A DNA stretch of 64,000 bases from Chthonomonadales bacterium. GTDB lineage: Bacteria; Armatimonadota; Chthonomonadetes; Chthonomonadales; CAJBBX01. The stretch spans positions 29,377-93,376 of the forward strand of contig JADLGO010000059.1 in assembly GCA_020849275.1 (NCBI GenBank). Reading direction: 5' to 3'. Below, piece by piece: positions 46,025 to 54,789 of the stretch. Under the pieces are notes generated by a model that saw only the letters and a program-made list of their open reading frames with translations, had not been told where the DNA came from and searched no databases. The position numbers were made by a program, and so were the translations under genes. Every line of letters starts with the position of its first letter. The stretch's first letter is position 1.

Positions 46025-46979
46025 GTCGCGCCCTCCGCTCGCGGGCGCGGCGCACCTGCTCGGCCAGCGCCGCCACCAGTATGACGGCGCCCGTGACGAG
46101 GCCGTAACGCTCCGTCGGCACGCCAGACAGGAAGAGCGCATTGCGCAGCACGACGATGATGGCCGCCCCGAGCGCCGCGCTCACCACGCTGCCCTCGCCG
46201 CCGGTCAGCCGCACGCCTCCGATCACCGCGGCGGCGATCACGTCGAGCTCCCAGCCGTCCGCCACGCTCCACTGGGCGTTGTTGGCCGCGGCGGCCATCA
46301 GCAATCCGGAGGCCGCCGCGCAGAGCCCGGCCCCCATGTAGACGCGGCGCAGCACGGCGTCCACCCGGATGCCGGAGAGGCGCGCGGACTGCTCGCCGCC
46401 GCCCACCGCCACGAGGTGGCGTCCGAAGCGCGCCCGCGCGAGCATCAGCGCGCTGACCGCGCATACCAGGACGAGCGCGCCCAGTGGCACGCCGCCGCGT
46501 CCCAGCGCCTTGAAGCCTTCGGGAAGCTGGTTGTAGGGCACCGCGCCAGTAGCCACGTTCGTTGCCGCCCGGTAGAGCAGGAGGGTGGCGAGCGTCACGA
46601 GGATCGGCGCGAGGCGCCGGTAGGTCACGAGCGCGCCGTTGAGCCAGCCGGCCGCGCCGCCAGCTGCAAGCCCGATCAGCGCACCCGCGGGCCAGGGAAC
46701 GCCCGCGGCCATCGAGGCTCCCGCGGCGCACGCTGCCAGCGCGGCCATGGCCGCGATCGATAGGTCGATGCCGCCGGTCAGGATGACGAGCGATTCGCCG
46801 CAGGCGAGCACCCCGAGCAAGCCGATCTCCTGTCCAAGCTGCGCGAGGTTCTCCGGGGCGCGGAACGCGCGTTGCGTGATCGCGAGCCAGGCGACCACCG
46901 TGGTGAGCACCGTTAGCGTGGGCAGTTCTCGGGCTCGCAGGGCGAGGCTCCGGGTTGTGCGGGCGGGGGCGATGGCCAT
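46017..46979 (-). CDS. sugar ABC transporter permease (RbsC-like), second copy
   Basis: 320 aa. Polytopic, with a TGGIDLSIAA motif. Confidence 0.8.
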   Translation of the reverse strand: MAIAPARTTRSLALRARELPTLTVLTTVVAWLAITQRAFRAPENLAQLGQEIGLLGVLACGESLVILTGGIDLSIAAMAALAACAAGASMAAGVPWPAGALIGLAAGGAAGWLNGALVTYRRLAPILVTLATLLLYRAATNVATGAVPYNQLPEGFKALGRGGVPLGALVLVCAVSALMLARARFGRHLVAVGGGEQSARLSGIRVDAVLRRVYMGAGLCAAASGLLMAAAANNAQWSVADGWELDVIAAAVIGGVRLTGGEGSVVSAALGAAIIVVLRNALFLSGVPTERYGLVTGAVILVAALAEQVRRARERRARHA

Positions 46980-47024
46980 ATTGGGTAGTGCAGCGCTCGG
47001 CCCATGCCGGCGGCGGCGAGCGGT

Positions 47025-47038
47025 GCCCCGGCGGACGG
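47025..47038. repeat. left copy of the 14-nt direct repeat GCCCCGGCGGACGG flanking darTG
   Basis: Identical 14-mer at 49176-49189. Lies between the darG stop (47095) and the permease start (46979). Confidence 0.8.
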
Positions 47039-47094
47039 AGCCGCACGCGCGTCCACGCCGGGCGGGCCGTCAGCCAGGCCTCGTATGCGTTGTC

Positions 47095-48246
47095 CTATCG
47101 GCGGCGCGACGTGTCCGGTTGGGCGGAACGGTGCCCCGCCGGCGCTGGCGAACCGTCGCCGCGGTCGGTGGGCGGCGCCCCCGCATCGGGCGCGAGGCGC
47201 TCCAGGGCCAGGCCGAGCAGACGCTCGTCGAACAGCCTGGCCTTGCGGGCGCCGGCGCCACGGCCCCCGGGCCACCTGGCGATCGCCGACTGCACGGCAG
47301 CCAGCGTCGGTTCGCTGTCCGTCTGCGCCAACAGCCAGTCCACCGTCGCAAGAAGCTCCAAGCCGAGTGGAGACTCGAAACCGCCTACCACCTCACTCGT
47401 CTCTTGCAGCGCGCCACGGTACAGAGCGGCCGGCTCCTCGCGCAGGTACGCCTCGATCGCGGGCTGGCTTCCCTCATCGAACCATATCGTGTCGTAGGGC
47501 CGCGCATCCGCAAGACGACGCTCGCAATGCAGGTAGCTGCCGTCGAGGCCATCCAGCAGGTGGCGCAGCCGGTCCGCATGGGGCCCGTACCGGTGCGGCA
47601 CGAACCGGAGCAGCAGGGGGTCGGGAAGGCCGGCCCGCGCCACCGTGCGATGCAAGAACCAGGCGAGCTTCTGGACCTCCAACACGGAGCACTCCGTGCC
47701 CAGCGCGCAGTAGCGTCGCACCATGTCGGCGATCAGCGCGCGCGCAGGCGTCAGTTGCGTGACCCCGCTCGCCTTGCGCGCGGTGCGGTAGTCGGGTGAC
47801 GGTTCGTAGGCGACGAACTCGACACCGGGCGCCAGGGCGGCAGCCACCTCGATCTCACGCCGCACGTGCTCCCAGAGCAGCCCTCCATTGCCGCAGCCGA
47901 GTGGCGGAAGCGCGATCGATGCAATACGCTTCTCTCGCACCACGCGGACGAGGTCGGCGAGGCCCTCGCGCACCCAGTCCATCCGGGATGGCTGCCGCCA
48001 GTGCCTCTTGGTGGGGAAGTTCACGATCCAGTGGGGCCCCAGGAGGGCCGGGTTCGCCGTCACGAACATGCGGCCGACGTGCACCTCGCCCGCCCGGCAG
48101 GCCGCCTCATAGGCGCGTGCGTTCTCCGGAAAGGCCTCCTTGAACATCAGTGCCACGCCCTTCCCCATGACCCCGACCTCGTTGACGGTGTTCACCAGGG
48201 CCTCGGCCTGGTCGTCGAGCAAGTTCCCGGTCGTGTAACGGACCAT
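47095..48246 (-). CDS. darG: DarG antitoxin: macrodomain DNA ADP-ribosyl glycohydrolase with C-terminal DarT-associated domain
   Basis: 383 aa from ATG 48246 (MVRYTTGNLLD). Macrodomain motifs ALVNTVNEVGVMGKGVALMFK, IVNFPTKRHWR and LPPLGCGNGGL. The start shares 1 nt with the darT stop (TGATG). Confidence 0.88.
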   Translation of the reverse strand: MVRYTTGNLLDDQAEALVNTVNEVGVMGKGVALMFKEAFPENARAYEAACRAGEVHVGRMFVTANPALLGPHWIVNFPTKRHWRQPSRMDWVREGLADLVRVVREKRIASIALPPLGCGNGGLLWEHVRREIEVAAALAPGVEFVAYEPSPDYRTARKASGVTQLTPARALIADMVRRYCALGTECSVLEVQKLAWFLHRTVARAGLPDPLLLRFVPHRYGPHADRLRHLLDGLDGSYLHCERRLADARPYDTIWFDEGSQPAIEAYLREEPAALYRGALQETSEVVGGFESPLGLELLATVDWLLAQTDSEPTLAAVQSAIARWPGGRGAGARKARLFDERLLGLALERLAPDAGAPPTDRGDGSPAPAGHRSAQPDTSRRR

Positions 48247-48887
48247 CACAGATACCAGTCCGGGTGCGCACGAACGCGAACCTGGACGCCCACCTCGCCG
48301 GCCATCGCCTCGACGCTTGCCCTTGAGCGGGCATCGTGACACGCGATGCCTGTCAGCGCGTTCAACGGGAGCTGGCGATGAACCAGCGCTTCAGCCTGGT
48401 AGCGGTCGAGCTTGCCTGGGTCCTCCGGATCTCGAGAGAAATCCCTTCGGTTCAGCAGATGCCAGTCGATGCGGTCTAGATCATCCAGCGCGCTAGAGTA
48501 GCGGGCGGTGACAGGCAACGCGTGGCCGTCGGTGAAGACGAACGGGAGGTCGCGGTCAGCCAGCGTGCGCAGCGAGACCACCAGCATGACGATCCTGTCC
48601 CTCGCGAGCATCGGTACGCCGCGATACCCGGTCACGATGTTGTACAGCATGGGCGACCAGGGGGTGAAGTAGAACGGCACGTAGTCACTCAACGTTCCTC
48701 CCGGCAGAATGGGAACCACGCGTCCACGCCGCCTGCTGATCACCCCTGGGTCACCGATCTGCCGGTAGTGCTGGTCGCAAGCGTCCGAGTTTCGGCAATG
48801 CACCCCGTTGCGCAGAATCCAGGGCACGTTGTCGATGTGCGTGATCCGGAAGACCAGCGCTCTCTCAGGGCCAAGTGTCAGAGCCAT
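48246..48887 (-). CDS. darT: DarT toxin: DUF4433-family ssDNA thymidine ADP-ribosyltransferase
   Basis: 213 aa. FRITHIDN, LSDYVPFYFTPWSPMLY, LPFVFTDGHA, the catalytic-Glu context RYQAEALV, and a terminal HPDWY, colinear with characterised DarT proteins. Confidence 0.88.
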   Translation of the reverse strand: MALTLGPERALVFRITHIDNVPWILRNGVHCRNSDACDQHYRQIGDPGVISRRRGRVVPILPGGTLSDYVPFYFTPWSPMLYNIVTGYRGVPMLARDRIVMLVVSLRTLADRDLPFVFTDGHALPVTARYSSALDDLDRIDWHLLNRRDFSRDPEDPGKLDRYQAEALVHRQLPLNALTGIACHDARSRASVEAMAGEVGVQVRVRAHPDWYL

Positions 48888-49175
48888 CGATTTCGGTGGC
48901 GGCCGTCGGCGTACCCAACCCGCTGCAAGCTGGTGGGAGACTGCGGTGGTGGCTCCCGGTGAGCTCCCCCGTGCCCGTGGCTCGCCGAATGGGCCGTCCC
49001 AGCACGGATGGCGGTGCCGCGTCGCCGTTGATTGTGCTAGAGCGTCGGTTCGTCGCGGGGGAGTCTCGGGGCGGGCACGCGTCCAGGCTCCCCGGCGACA
49101 GCGGACCCCTACGGCAATCAGCGTGCCCCAAGGGCCCGCCCGCCGGTTCGCGGGCAGAGCCCCGCCTCTCCATGC

Positions 49176-49189
49176 GCCCCGGCGGACGG
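49176..49189. repeat. right copy of the 14-nt direct repeat GCCCCGGCGGACGG flanking darTG
   Basis: Identical to 47025-47038. Lies 20 nt beyond the kdgK stop. Confidence 0.8.
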
Positions 49190-49208
49190 GTCCCTTCCTC
49201 CGGCGCGC

Positions 49209-50312
49209 TCAGCGGCGCACGCGCCCCGTGGCGTCGCCCGCCATGAGCGCCTCCACCTCGCCGCGCGACACGTGGCTGAAGTCGCCCCACACGGAGTGCT
49301 TGAGGCAGGAGGCCGCCGTTGCGAACCGGAGCGCCGTGGCGGTGTCGCTCAGCCCATCGGTCAGCAGAGCGAACACCAGCGCGCCCGCGAACGAGTCCCC
49401 GGCGCCGACCCGGTCCACGATGTCACGGATCTCGTAAGGGCGGTAGGCGCCGTCCGCGTCGAGAGGGGCGAAGCGCGCCACCTGTGTCGGCACCTCGTAG
49501 AGCATCGCGCCCCAGTTGTTGTGCGAGGCCGACACGCTCTCGCGCAGCGTGATGGCCACGCGCCACACGTTGGGGAACTGCGCGGCGATCTCGGAGGCCA
49601 CCGAGCGATAGGCTTGTACGTCGAGGCGCCCTGCCTCCACGTCGGTGCCGGCCGCGTGGATCCCGAGCACCATGGCGGCATCCTCCTCGTTCGCCACCAC
49701 CAGGTCCACGGAGGGGAGCAGCGCCCGCATGGTCTCCTCGGCCAGGTCGCGAGGTCTGGCGCCGGGCCTCCAGGTCCAGAGCTTCTTGCGGTAGTTGAGG
49801 TCACACGAAACGGTGGCGCCGGCCGCCCTGGCGGCCAGCACGGCCTGGCGCGTGGCATCGGCCGCGCCGGCGCTGAGGGAGGGCGTTATGCCCGTGACGT
49901 GGAACCAGGCCGCCCCCTCGAACACCGATGGCCAGTCGTAGGCATCCGCCGGCGCGCGCATCACCGACGAGCCGTCGCGGTCATAGAGCACGCTGCCGCC
50001 GCGCTGGTTGGCGCCGGTCTCGAGAAAGTAGAGCCCGAGTCGGCCGTCGTCGGTGCGAAGGATGTGGCGAGTGTCGATGCCTATACCGCGCAGATGGCGC
50101 ACGCAGGCGTCCGCCAGCCCGTTGCGGGGCAGCGCGGTGACGAACGACGCCTCGCCGCCGAGGAAGGCGATGGCGGCGGCCACGTTGACCTCCGCGCCCC
50201 CGAACGTGATCTCCAGGGGGCCGGGCACGGTCTGCGAGAAGCGCAAGAGCCCGGGCGGCGTCACCCGGCCCATCACCTCCCCGAACGTCACCACACGGGA
50301 CCGCAGCCTCAT
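49209..50312 (-). CDS. kdgK: PfkB-family sugar kinase, 2-dehydro-3-deoxygluconokinase-like
   Basis: 367 aa from ATG 50312 (ATG 50330 also possible). VVTFGEVMGRV N-terminus, and GAGDSFAGAL near the C-terminus. Confidence 0.75.
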   Translation of the reverse strand: MRLRSRVVTFGEVMGRVTPPGLLRFSQTVPGPLEITFGGAEVNVAAAIAFLGGEASFVTALPRNGLADACVRHLRGIGIDTRHILRTDDGRLGLYFLETGANQRGGSVLYDRDGSSVMRAPADAYDWPSVFEGAAWFHVTGITPSLSAGAADATRQAVLAARAAGATVSCDLNYRKKLWTWRPGARPRDLAEETMRALLPSVDLVVANEEDAAMVLGIHAAGTDVEAGRLDVQAYRSVASEIAAQFPNVWRVAITLRESVSASHNNWGAMLYEVPTQVARFAPLDADGAYRPYEIRDIVDRVGAGDSFAGALVFALLTDGLSDTATALRFATAASCLKHSVWGDFSHVSRGEVEALMAGDATGRVRR

Positions 50313-50417
50313 CTCGTCTCTCCCGGGCATCGCGCCGGCTCGTAGCGACCACGCACCGCGCTCTTACCCGTACCGATTCGCCCCCGGTGGCCCTCGCTCC
50401 TCGTCGCCGGCGCCATT

Positions 50418-50436
50418 GCGGGGCACGATGCCCCGC
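50418..50436 (-). terminator. short GC hairpin GCGGGGCA-cga-TGCCCCGC downstream of the LolA-like gene
   Basis: 8-bp stem read directly, 45 nt after the stop at 50481. Confidence 0.35.
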
Positions 50437-50480
50437 GCGGCGGGCGCGGGGCATCCGAGCGGGGCGCGGCGGCGAACCGC

Positions 50481-51221
50481 CTAGTCGAACAGGCTGTCTG
50501 GCAGGCCCGTGTTCACCTTGATGTTACGGTACTCGGTGACCCCGGCCACCACACGGTCGGTGTTCTGGACCTCGATGCGCGTGGGGAACCAGATGCCCGG
50601 CGCCACCTGCTTGATGTCCTTGTAGCTGTAGATGGCCTGGAGCTTGCCTTGCTGGCTGTAGGCCTCCCGCTTGCGCACGACACGGGTCTTCGGGTCAACG
50701 TAGATGACCTGGTGCGAGGTGTCCTCGTCGCGGTCCTTGTAGGTCATGTTAAAGACGGCGACCGGCTCACCGTCCACGGTGCCCTCCCGCACGAAATCGG
50801 CGTTGGTGTACGTCAGGTAGTAGTTGGAGAGCAGGGCGACGTCCATCAGCGATTTGCGCTTGCCCGGCGAGTTGCCGAAGTCGCGGCGTGTCTTGAGGTT
50901 CATCCGAGGGACGGAGACGATCTGTATGGGGCCGTTCACTATGTAGACGCCCTTCGTGCCGTCCACCGACCCCTCGATGCGGACCTTGTTGGGCTCCTTG
51001 TAGCGCATAAGCACCGTCTTGAACCGGTAGAGGAACCCGAAGTCCTTGCTGATCTTGCCGAGCTCGCGCTGGTTGGCCTTCACCACGGTCATCGTCGCCG
51101 TGAAGTCGTCGAGACGGTCGGCGACGTAACTGCGAATGTCGTGGCTCATCGCGCGAGCCGTGGTGAGCGTGAAGCACGTGAGGCCGAGCGTCAGGGCGGC
51201 GCGGCACCGGAACAGGCGCAT
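50481..51221 (-). CDS. LolA-like outer-membrane lipoprotein-sorting fold protein (periplasmic)
   Basis: 246 aa from ATG 51221. Signal peptide MRLFRCRAALTLGLTCFTLTTARA. Beta-rich sequence resembling LolA/LppX-type half-barrels (FTATMTVVKANQ..., KVRIEGSVDG..., WFPTRIEVQN). Confidence 0.5.
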   Translation of the reverse strand: MRLFRCRAALTLGLTCFTLTTARAMSHDIRSYVADRLDDFTATMTVVKANQRELGKISKDFGFLYRFKTVLMRYKEPNKVRIEGSVDGTKGVYIVNGPIQIVSVPRMNLKTRRDFGNSPGKRKSLMDVALLSNYYLTYTNADFVREGTVDGEPVAVFNMTYKDRDEDTSHQVIYVDPKTRVVRKREAYSQQGKLQAIYSYKDIKQVAPGIWFPTRIEVQNTDRVVAGVTEYRNIKVNTGLPDSLFD

Positions 51222-51264
51222 GGCGGGGTTGACTCCTTCCGAGCGTTTCGCTGCGCTCTCCCCG

Positions 51265-52803
51265 TTATAGACGGTCGGCGCCGCCCGGCGTGTCGCCGGA
51301 AGCGCGTTCAGGTTCGGGCGCGACCCGGCGTTCCGGCCGGCCGCCGCGCTTGGCCTCGGCGAGCCGGGCGGCCTCGGGGCTGCGCTTGTAGTGAGGGTCC
51401 AGCGGATAGCAGCCGGAGGGGAGCCCCGCGCGGGGGGCTGTCGTGCAGTCGCTGAATGTCCGGCACACTCGCTTCGTCTGCAGCTCCCGGCCGGCGAGCA
51501 GGTCTGCCGGAAGCTCTGGGTAGGCGAGGACGAGCCTGCCGACGCCCACGAGGTCGGTCCAGCGGGCACGCACGGCGGCCTGCGCGACGTGCGGCAGGTA
51601 CTCCTGCAGGTAGGTGTAGCCGGTGCCCACGAGGACCATGTCGGGGGCCAGCTCCTTGAGCGTACGCGTGACGTGCAGATGGCGGGCCACGCCCACGAGT
51701 GGGTCCTCCGGCGGCCCGTAGCCGTCCGACGGTGGGTAGAGCGCCGGACGCTGGATGTGCGGGTTGTAGTAGGGGCTCCCGCCGGTCACGTTCACGAGCG
51801 TGATGCCCAGTTCGCGGAGGATGTCCAGGAACTGCGCGGGCTCGGCCAGGTCGGGCTCCACGGGCTGGTCCGCGTCCACCCCGAACCCATAGCGATAGGG
51901 CATGGTGTCGCAGTAGATCTCGGGCACGCCCGGCCCGGGGCGGCCCGGCGCGCTCTGGTCCGGATCCGGGTGGAACGGCACCGTGTCGAACGCGCTCAGG
52001 CGGACGCCGATGCCGAGCGCCGGAGCGTCGCGGCCAATGGCCGCCGCGGCGAGGCGCAGGAAGCGCGCGCGGTTCCTCAGCGGGCCGCCGTAGGGGCCTG
52101 GCCGTGTGTGCGCCCCAAGCAGCTCGTGGCCGAGGTAGCCGTGGCAGTGCTTCAGGTCGACGAAGTCGAAGCCGCACTCCGCGGCGAGCGCCGCCGCGCG
52201 CGCGAAGTCGCCGACCAGGTCATCGAGCTCGGCGTCGGTCATCACCGGGTAGTCGGGTCCGAGGCCAAGGCGTCGGTCGAGCAGGGGGTGGCGGAACGCG
52301 ATGCGCGGCTCCGGCCGCCCTCCGGGGTTCGGTCGGCAGTAGCGGCCGCTGTGTGTGAGCTGGAGGCCGACGATGGGCGGCGGCGCGCCGTCAGTCGCGG
52401 CCCGATGCGCGGCGAGGAGCTCGCCGCGAAGGCGGCCCAGGTCCGAGGCGGTCTCCGGGCGGAGGACGAGCTGGTTGGGGTTGGCGCGCCCTTCGTGACG
52501 CACCGCGACCGCCTCGCCGCCCCACACGAGCCCGGCGCCGCTGCTCCCGAACCGCCTCCACCGCCGCACCGTGTTCTCCGTGGGCCGTCCGTCCGGCGTG
52601 CCATCCCAGCCCTCCATCGGCTGCACGGCGAAGCGGTTGGTCACGCGGCGCCCGAGCACGTCCAGAGGCTGGGCGAGGGGCGAGTGTGGAGCGGCCAGCG
52701 GAGCGTCGTCGCAGGGTAGGTCGGCGCCGAGTTCCGCCAGGCAGTTGCGAAACTGCTCGACGCCTCGGATGGTGGCGATGCGCGCGAAGTCTGCGGTTGC
52801 CAA
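51265..52803 (-). CDS. NADH:flavin oxidoreductase (Old Yellow Enzyme / 2,4-dienoyl-CoA-reductase-like TIM barrel)
   Basis: 512 aa from TTG 52803, with GGAAGGGAG 6 nt upstream. LQLTHSGRY and DLKHCHGYLGHELL motifs. Confidence 0.75.
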   Translation of the reverse strand: MATADFARIATIRGVEQFRNCLAELGADLPCDDAPLAAPHSPLAQPLDVLGRRVTNRFAVQPMEGWDGTPDGRPTENTVRRWRRFGSSGAGLVWGGEAVAVRHEGRANPNQLVLRPETASDLGRLRGELLAAHRAATDGAPPPIVGLQLTHSGRYCRPNPGGRPEPRIAFRHPLLDRRLGLGPDYPVMTDAELDDLVGDFARAAALAAECGFDFVDLKHCHGYLGHELLGAHTRPGPYGGPLRNRARFLRLAAAAIGRDAPALGIGVRLSAFDTVPFHPDPDQSAPGRPGPGVPEIYCDTMPYRYGFGVDADQPVEPDLAEPAQFLDILRELGITLVNVTGGSPYYNPHIQRPALYPPSDGYGPPEDPLVGVARHLHVTRTLKELAPDMVLVGTGYTYLQEYLPHVAQAAVRARWTDLVGVGRLVLAYPELPADLLAGRELQTKRVCRTFSDCTTAPRAGLPSGCYPLDPHYKRSPEAARLAEAKRGGRPERRVAPEPERASGDTPGGADRL

Positions 52804-52825
52804 GGGATGCTCCCTTCCGTGGCGC

Positions 52826-54040
52826 TCAGGGGGATGGCGCCCCCTCGGCGGCTGGCCGCGGCAGGCGCAGGCAGGCGAGCCAGCCGAGCGCGGCCGCCCC
52901 GGCGCCCACCCAGAACGGCGCGCGGACGCTCCAGTGCGACACAGCGGAGCCCGCGAGCGGCCCGAGGAACCAGGAGAGCTGGTTGGGCAGCAGGCTGAGC
53001 GTGAGTATTGCCGCGCGCCTCCGGGGCGGACTGTAGAGCGCGAGCAGCACCATGCTGGCCGCGCCGAGACCCCCCTGGCAAGCGCCCTGGGCCGCGCGCC
53101 AGGCGCCAAGCGACACGACCCCGGACGCCGTCGCCTGCCCGGCGAGCGTCAGGCCCACCGCGGCGGCGGCCAGGCGCAGCGTGCGGACGTGTCCGGCCCG
53201 GTCGCCGGCGGCGCCCCAGAGCGGCGTGCTGAGCGCCATCAGCGCTCCGGAGAGAGTCAGCACGGCTCCGATGGCCTGGGGCAACTCGCTGCCCCGGTAG
53301 ACCCGCTCCACCAGGATGGGAAGGAACGGTTGGCCTATCGCCAGGCCGAACGCGAGCAGGAAGGAGACGCCAAACAGCGCCGCCACGGCGGGAGTGCCAG
53401 ATATGGCGACGAGCGCCTCCCGGATGCCGGCGCCGGTAGACGCCGGCCGCGTGTGCAACTCACGCGGCTCCTCGCGCAGCAGCACGACCAGCGCCACGGC
53501 CACCAGCGCCGTCAGGAGCGCGTCGATGAGCAGGAGCACGCGAACCCCGGCGAGCTCCACGACCCACCCGCCCGCGTAGGGCCCGACCGCCATGCCGACG
53601 GGCGCCCCGGCGCTGACGATGGCCACGGCGCGGCCCAGCCGGTGCCGCGGCGTGATCTCGGCCTGCACCGCCATCATCACGCCCGTGTTGCCCAGCACGA
53701 AGCCACCCAGGAACCGCGCCGCCGCCAGCATCCAGACGCCGGTGCTGAGGCCCGCCAGGGCGAACATCGCGGCGCCGGCCACGCTGCTGCGCACGATGAT
53801 CAGCTTGCGTCCGTAGCGCTCGGCCCATGCGCCCCAGAACGGAAGCAGCGGCAACCCGATCACGAAGGCCATCGCCGAGAGGATCCCGGTCCAGGAGGGA
53901 ATGGCGTCGCCGGGCACGCGAAGCTGCCGCAGGTAGAGCGGCGTGAAGGCGGACAGATGGCCGAACGCCAGCGACTCCACGAGGCCGGTGATGGCGAACA
54001 GCACCGTTGTGCGGCGCCAGTCGTTCAGGTGCCTGCCCAT
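52826..54040 (-). CDS. MFS transporter
   Basis: 404 aa, ~12 hydrophobic helices, and a WAERYGRK loop motif between TM2 and TM3. Confidence 0.8.
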   Translation of the reverse strand: MGRHLNDWRRTTVLFAITGLVESLAFGHLSAFTPLYLRQLRVPGDAIPSWTGILSAMAFVIGLPLLPFWGAWAERYGRKLIIVRSSVAGAAMFALAGLSTGVWMLAAARFLGGFVLGNTGVMMAVQAEITPRHRLGRAVAIVSAGAPVGMAVGPYAGGWVVELAGVRVLLLIDALLTALVAVALVVLLREEPRELHTRPASTGAGIREALVAISGTPAVAALFGVSFLLAFGLAIGQPFLPILVERVYRGSELPQAIGAVLTLSGALMALSTPLWGAAGDRAGHVRTLRLAAAAVGLTLAGQATASGVVSLGAWRAAQGACQGGLGAASMVLLALYSPPRRRAAILTLSLLPNQLSWFLGPLAGSAVSHWSVRAPFWVGAGAAALGWLACLRLPRPAAEGAPSP

Positions 54041-54087
54041 CTCACGGGGAGTATACCCGCCGCGGCGCGGCCGGCGCCGGCGTCAGG

Positions 54088-54789
54088 TCACCAGGTCACC
54101 ATGTCGGGAGGCAGGTGGCCGGTGTCGTTGTGCGAGCGCACCCGCACGGCGATGGGCCGACCGTCGGCGTTGGTGGGCAGGCCGGGCGGGGGCGGGTACG
54201 CGCGGACCTCGTCATGCAAGTCGAAATCCACGCGCGTCACCGCGCAGTTGTCGAAGGGGAAGCGGGAGTAGCCGCCCCGGCGCAGGCCGATGGCCACGCT
54301 GACCAGAGCGCTGCCGAAGCGGCCGTGCGTCACGATCGCCACGGTGTGGCGGCCGGCGGTGTGCGCGGCCTGAAGGATCGTGGCCGTCTCGCGCGCCCTC
54401 GTGTAGAGCGCATCCTCCGTCTCCTCGGGCACGCGCGGCCACCAGCCCTGGTCGGTGACGCTCTCGTCGAGCACACACTCCGGCCATTCGTCCAGGATCT
54501 GCTGCCGGCACATGCCGGCGTGCGGCCCCAGGCCGCCGGCTTCGCAGATGCTCGGCACCACGCGAAGCGGTAGTCGGAGCACCTCCTGGAGCGGTCGGGC
54601 GGTCTCGAGCGCGCGACGCATCGGGCTCGCATAGAGCGCGGCCGCGCCGGCCAGCGGGTCGCGCAGTGCCCGCGCCGTCAGCTCAGCCTGCCGCCTCCCG
54701 ATGGCGGTGAGCGGTGGGTCGGGGTTCGGAGGGCAGTCGGCGGAGGCATTGTGTGTGGACTGACCGTGACGGATAATGTAGAGCTTCAT
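54088..54789 (-). CDS. histidine phosphatase family protein (phosphoglycerate-mutase-like)
   Basis: 233 aa from ATG 54789, with an ATGA overlap on the upstream stop. MKLYIIRHGQSTHN catalytic RHG motif and a later VTHGRF. Confidence 0.8.
   Translation of the reverse strand: MKLYIIRHGQSTHNASADCPPNPDPPLTAIGRRQAELTARALRDPLAGAAALYASPMRRALETARPLQEVLRLPLRVVPSICEAGGLGPHAGMCRQQILDEWPECVLDESVTDQGWWPRVPEETEDALYTRARETATILQAAHTAGRHTVAIVTHGRFGSALVSVAIGLRRGGYSRFPFDNCAVTRVDFDLHDEVRAYPPPPGLPTNADGRPIAVRVRSHNDTGHLPPDMVTW

Noticed and set aside
48888-49208. A stop-free minus-strand frame across the whole darT-kdgK gap, examined as a possible remnant of the missing ABC ATPase
   Set aside because: The translation (ARRRKGPVRRGAWRGG...) shows no Walker A, Walker B or LSGGQ remnants. 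Open frames of this length are expected by chance at this GC content.
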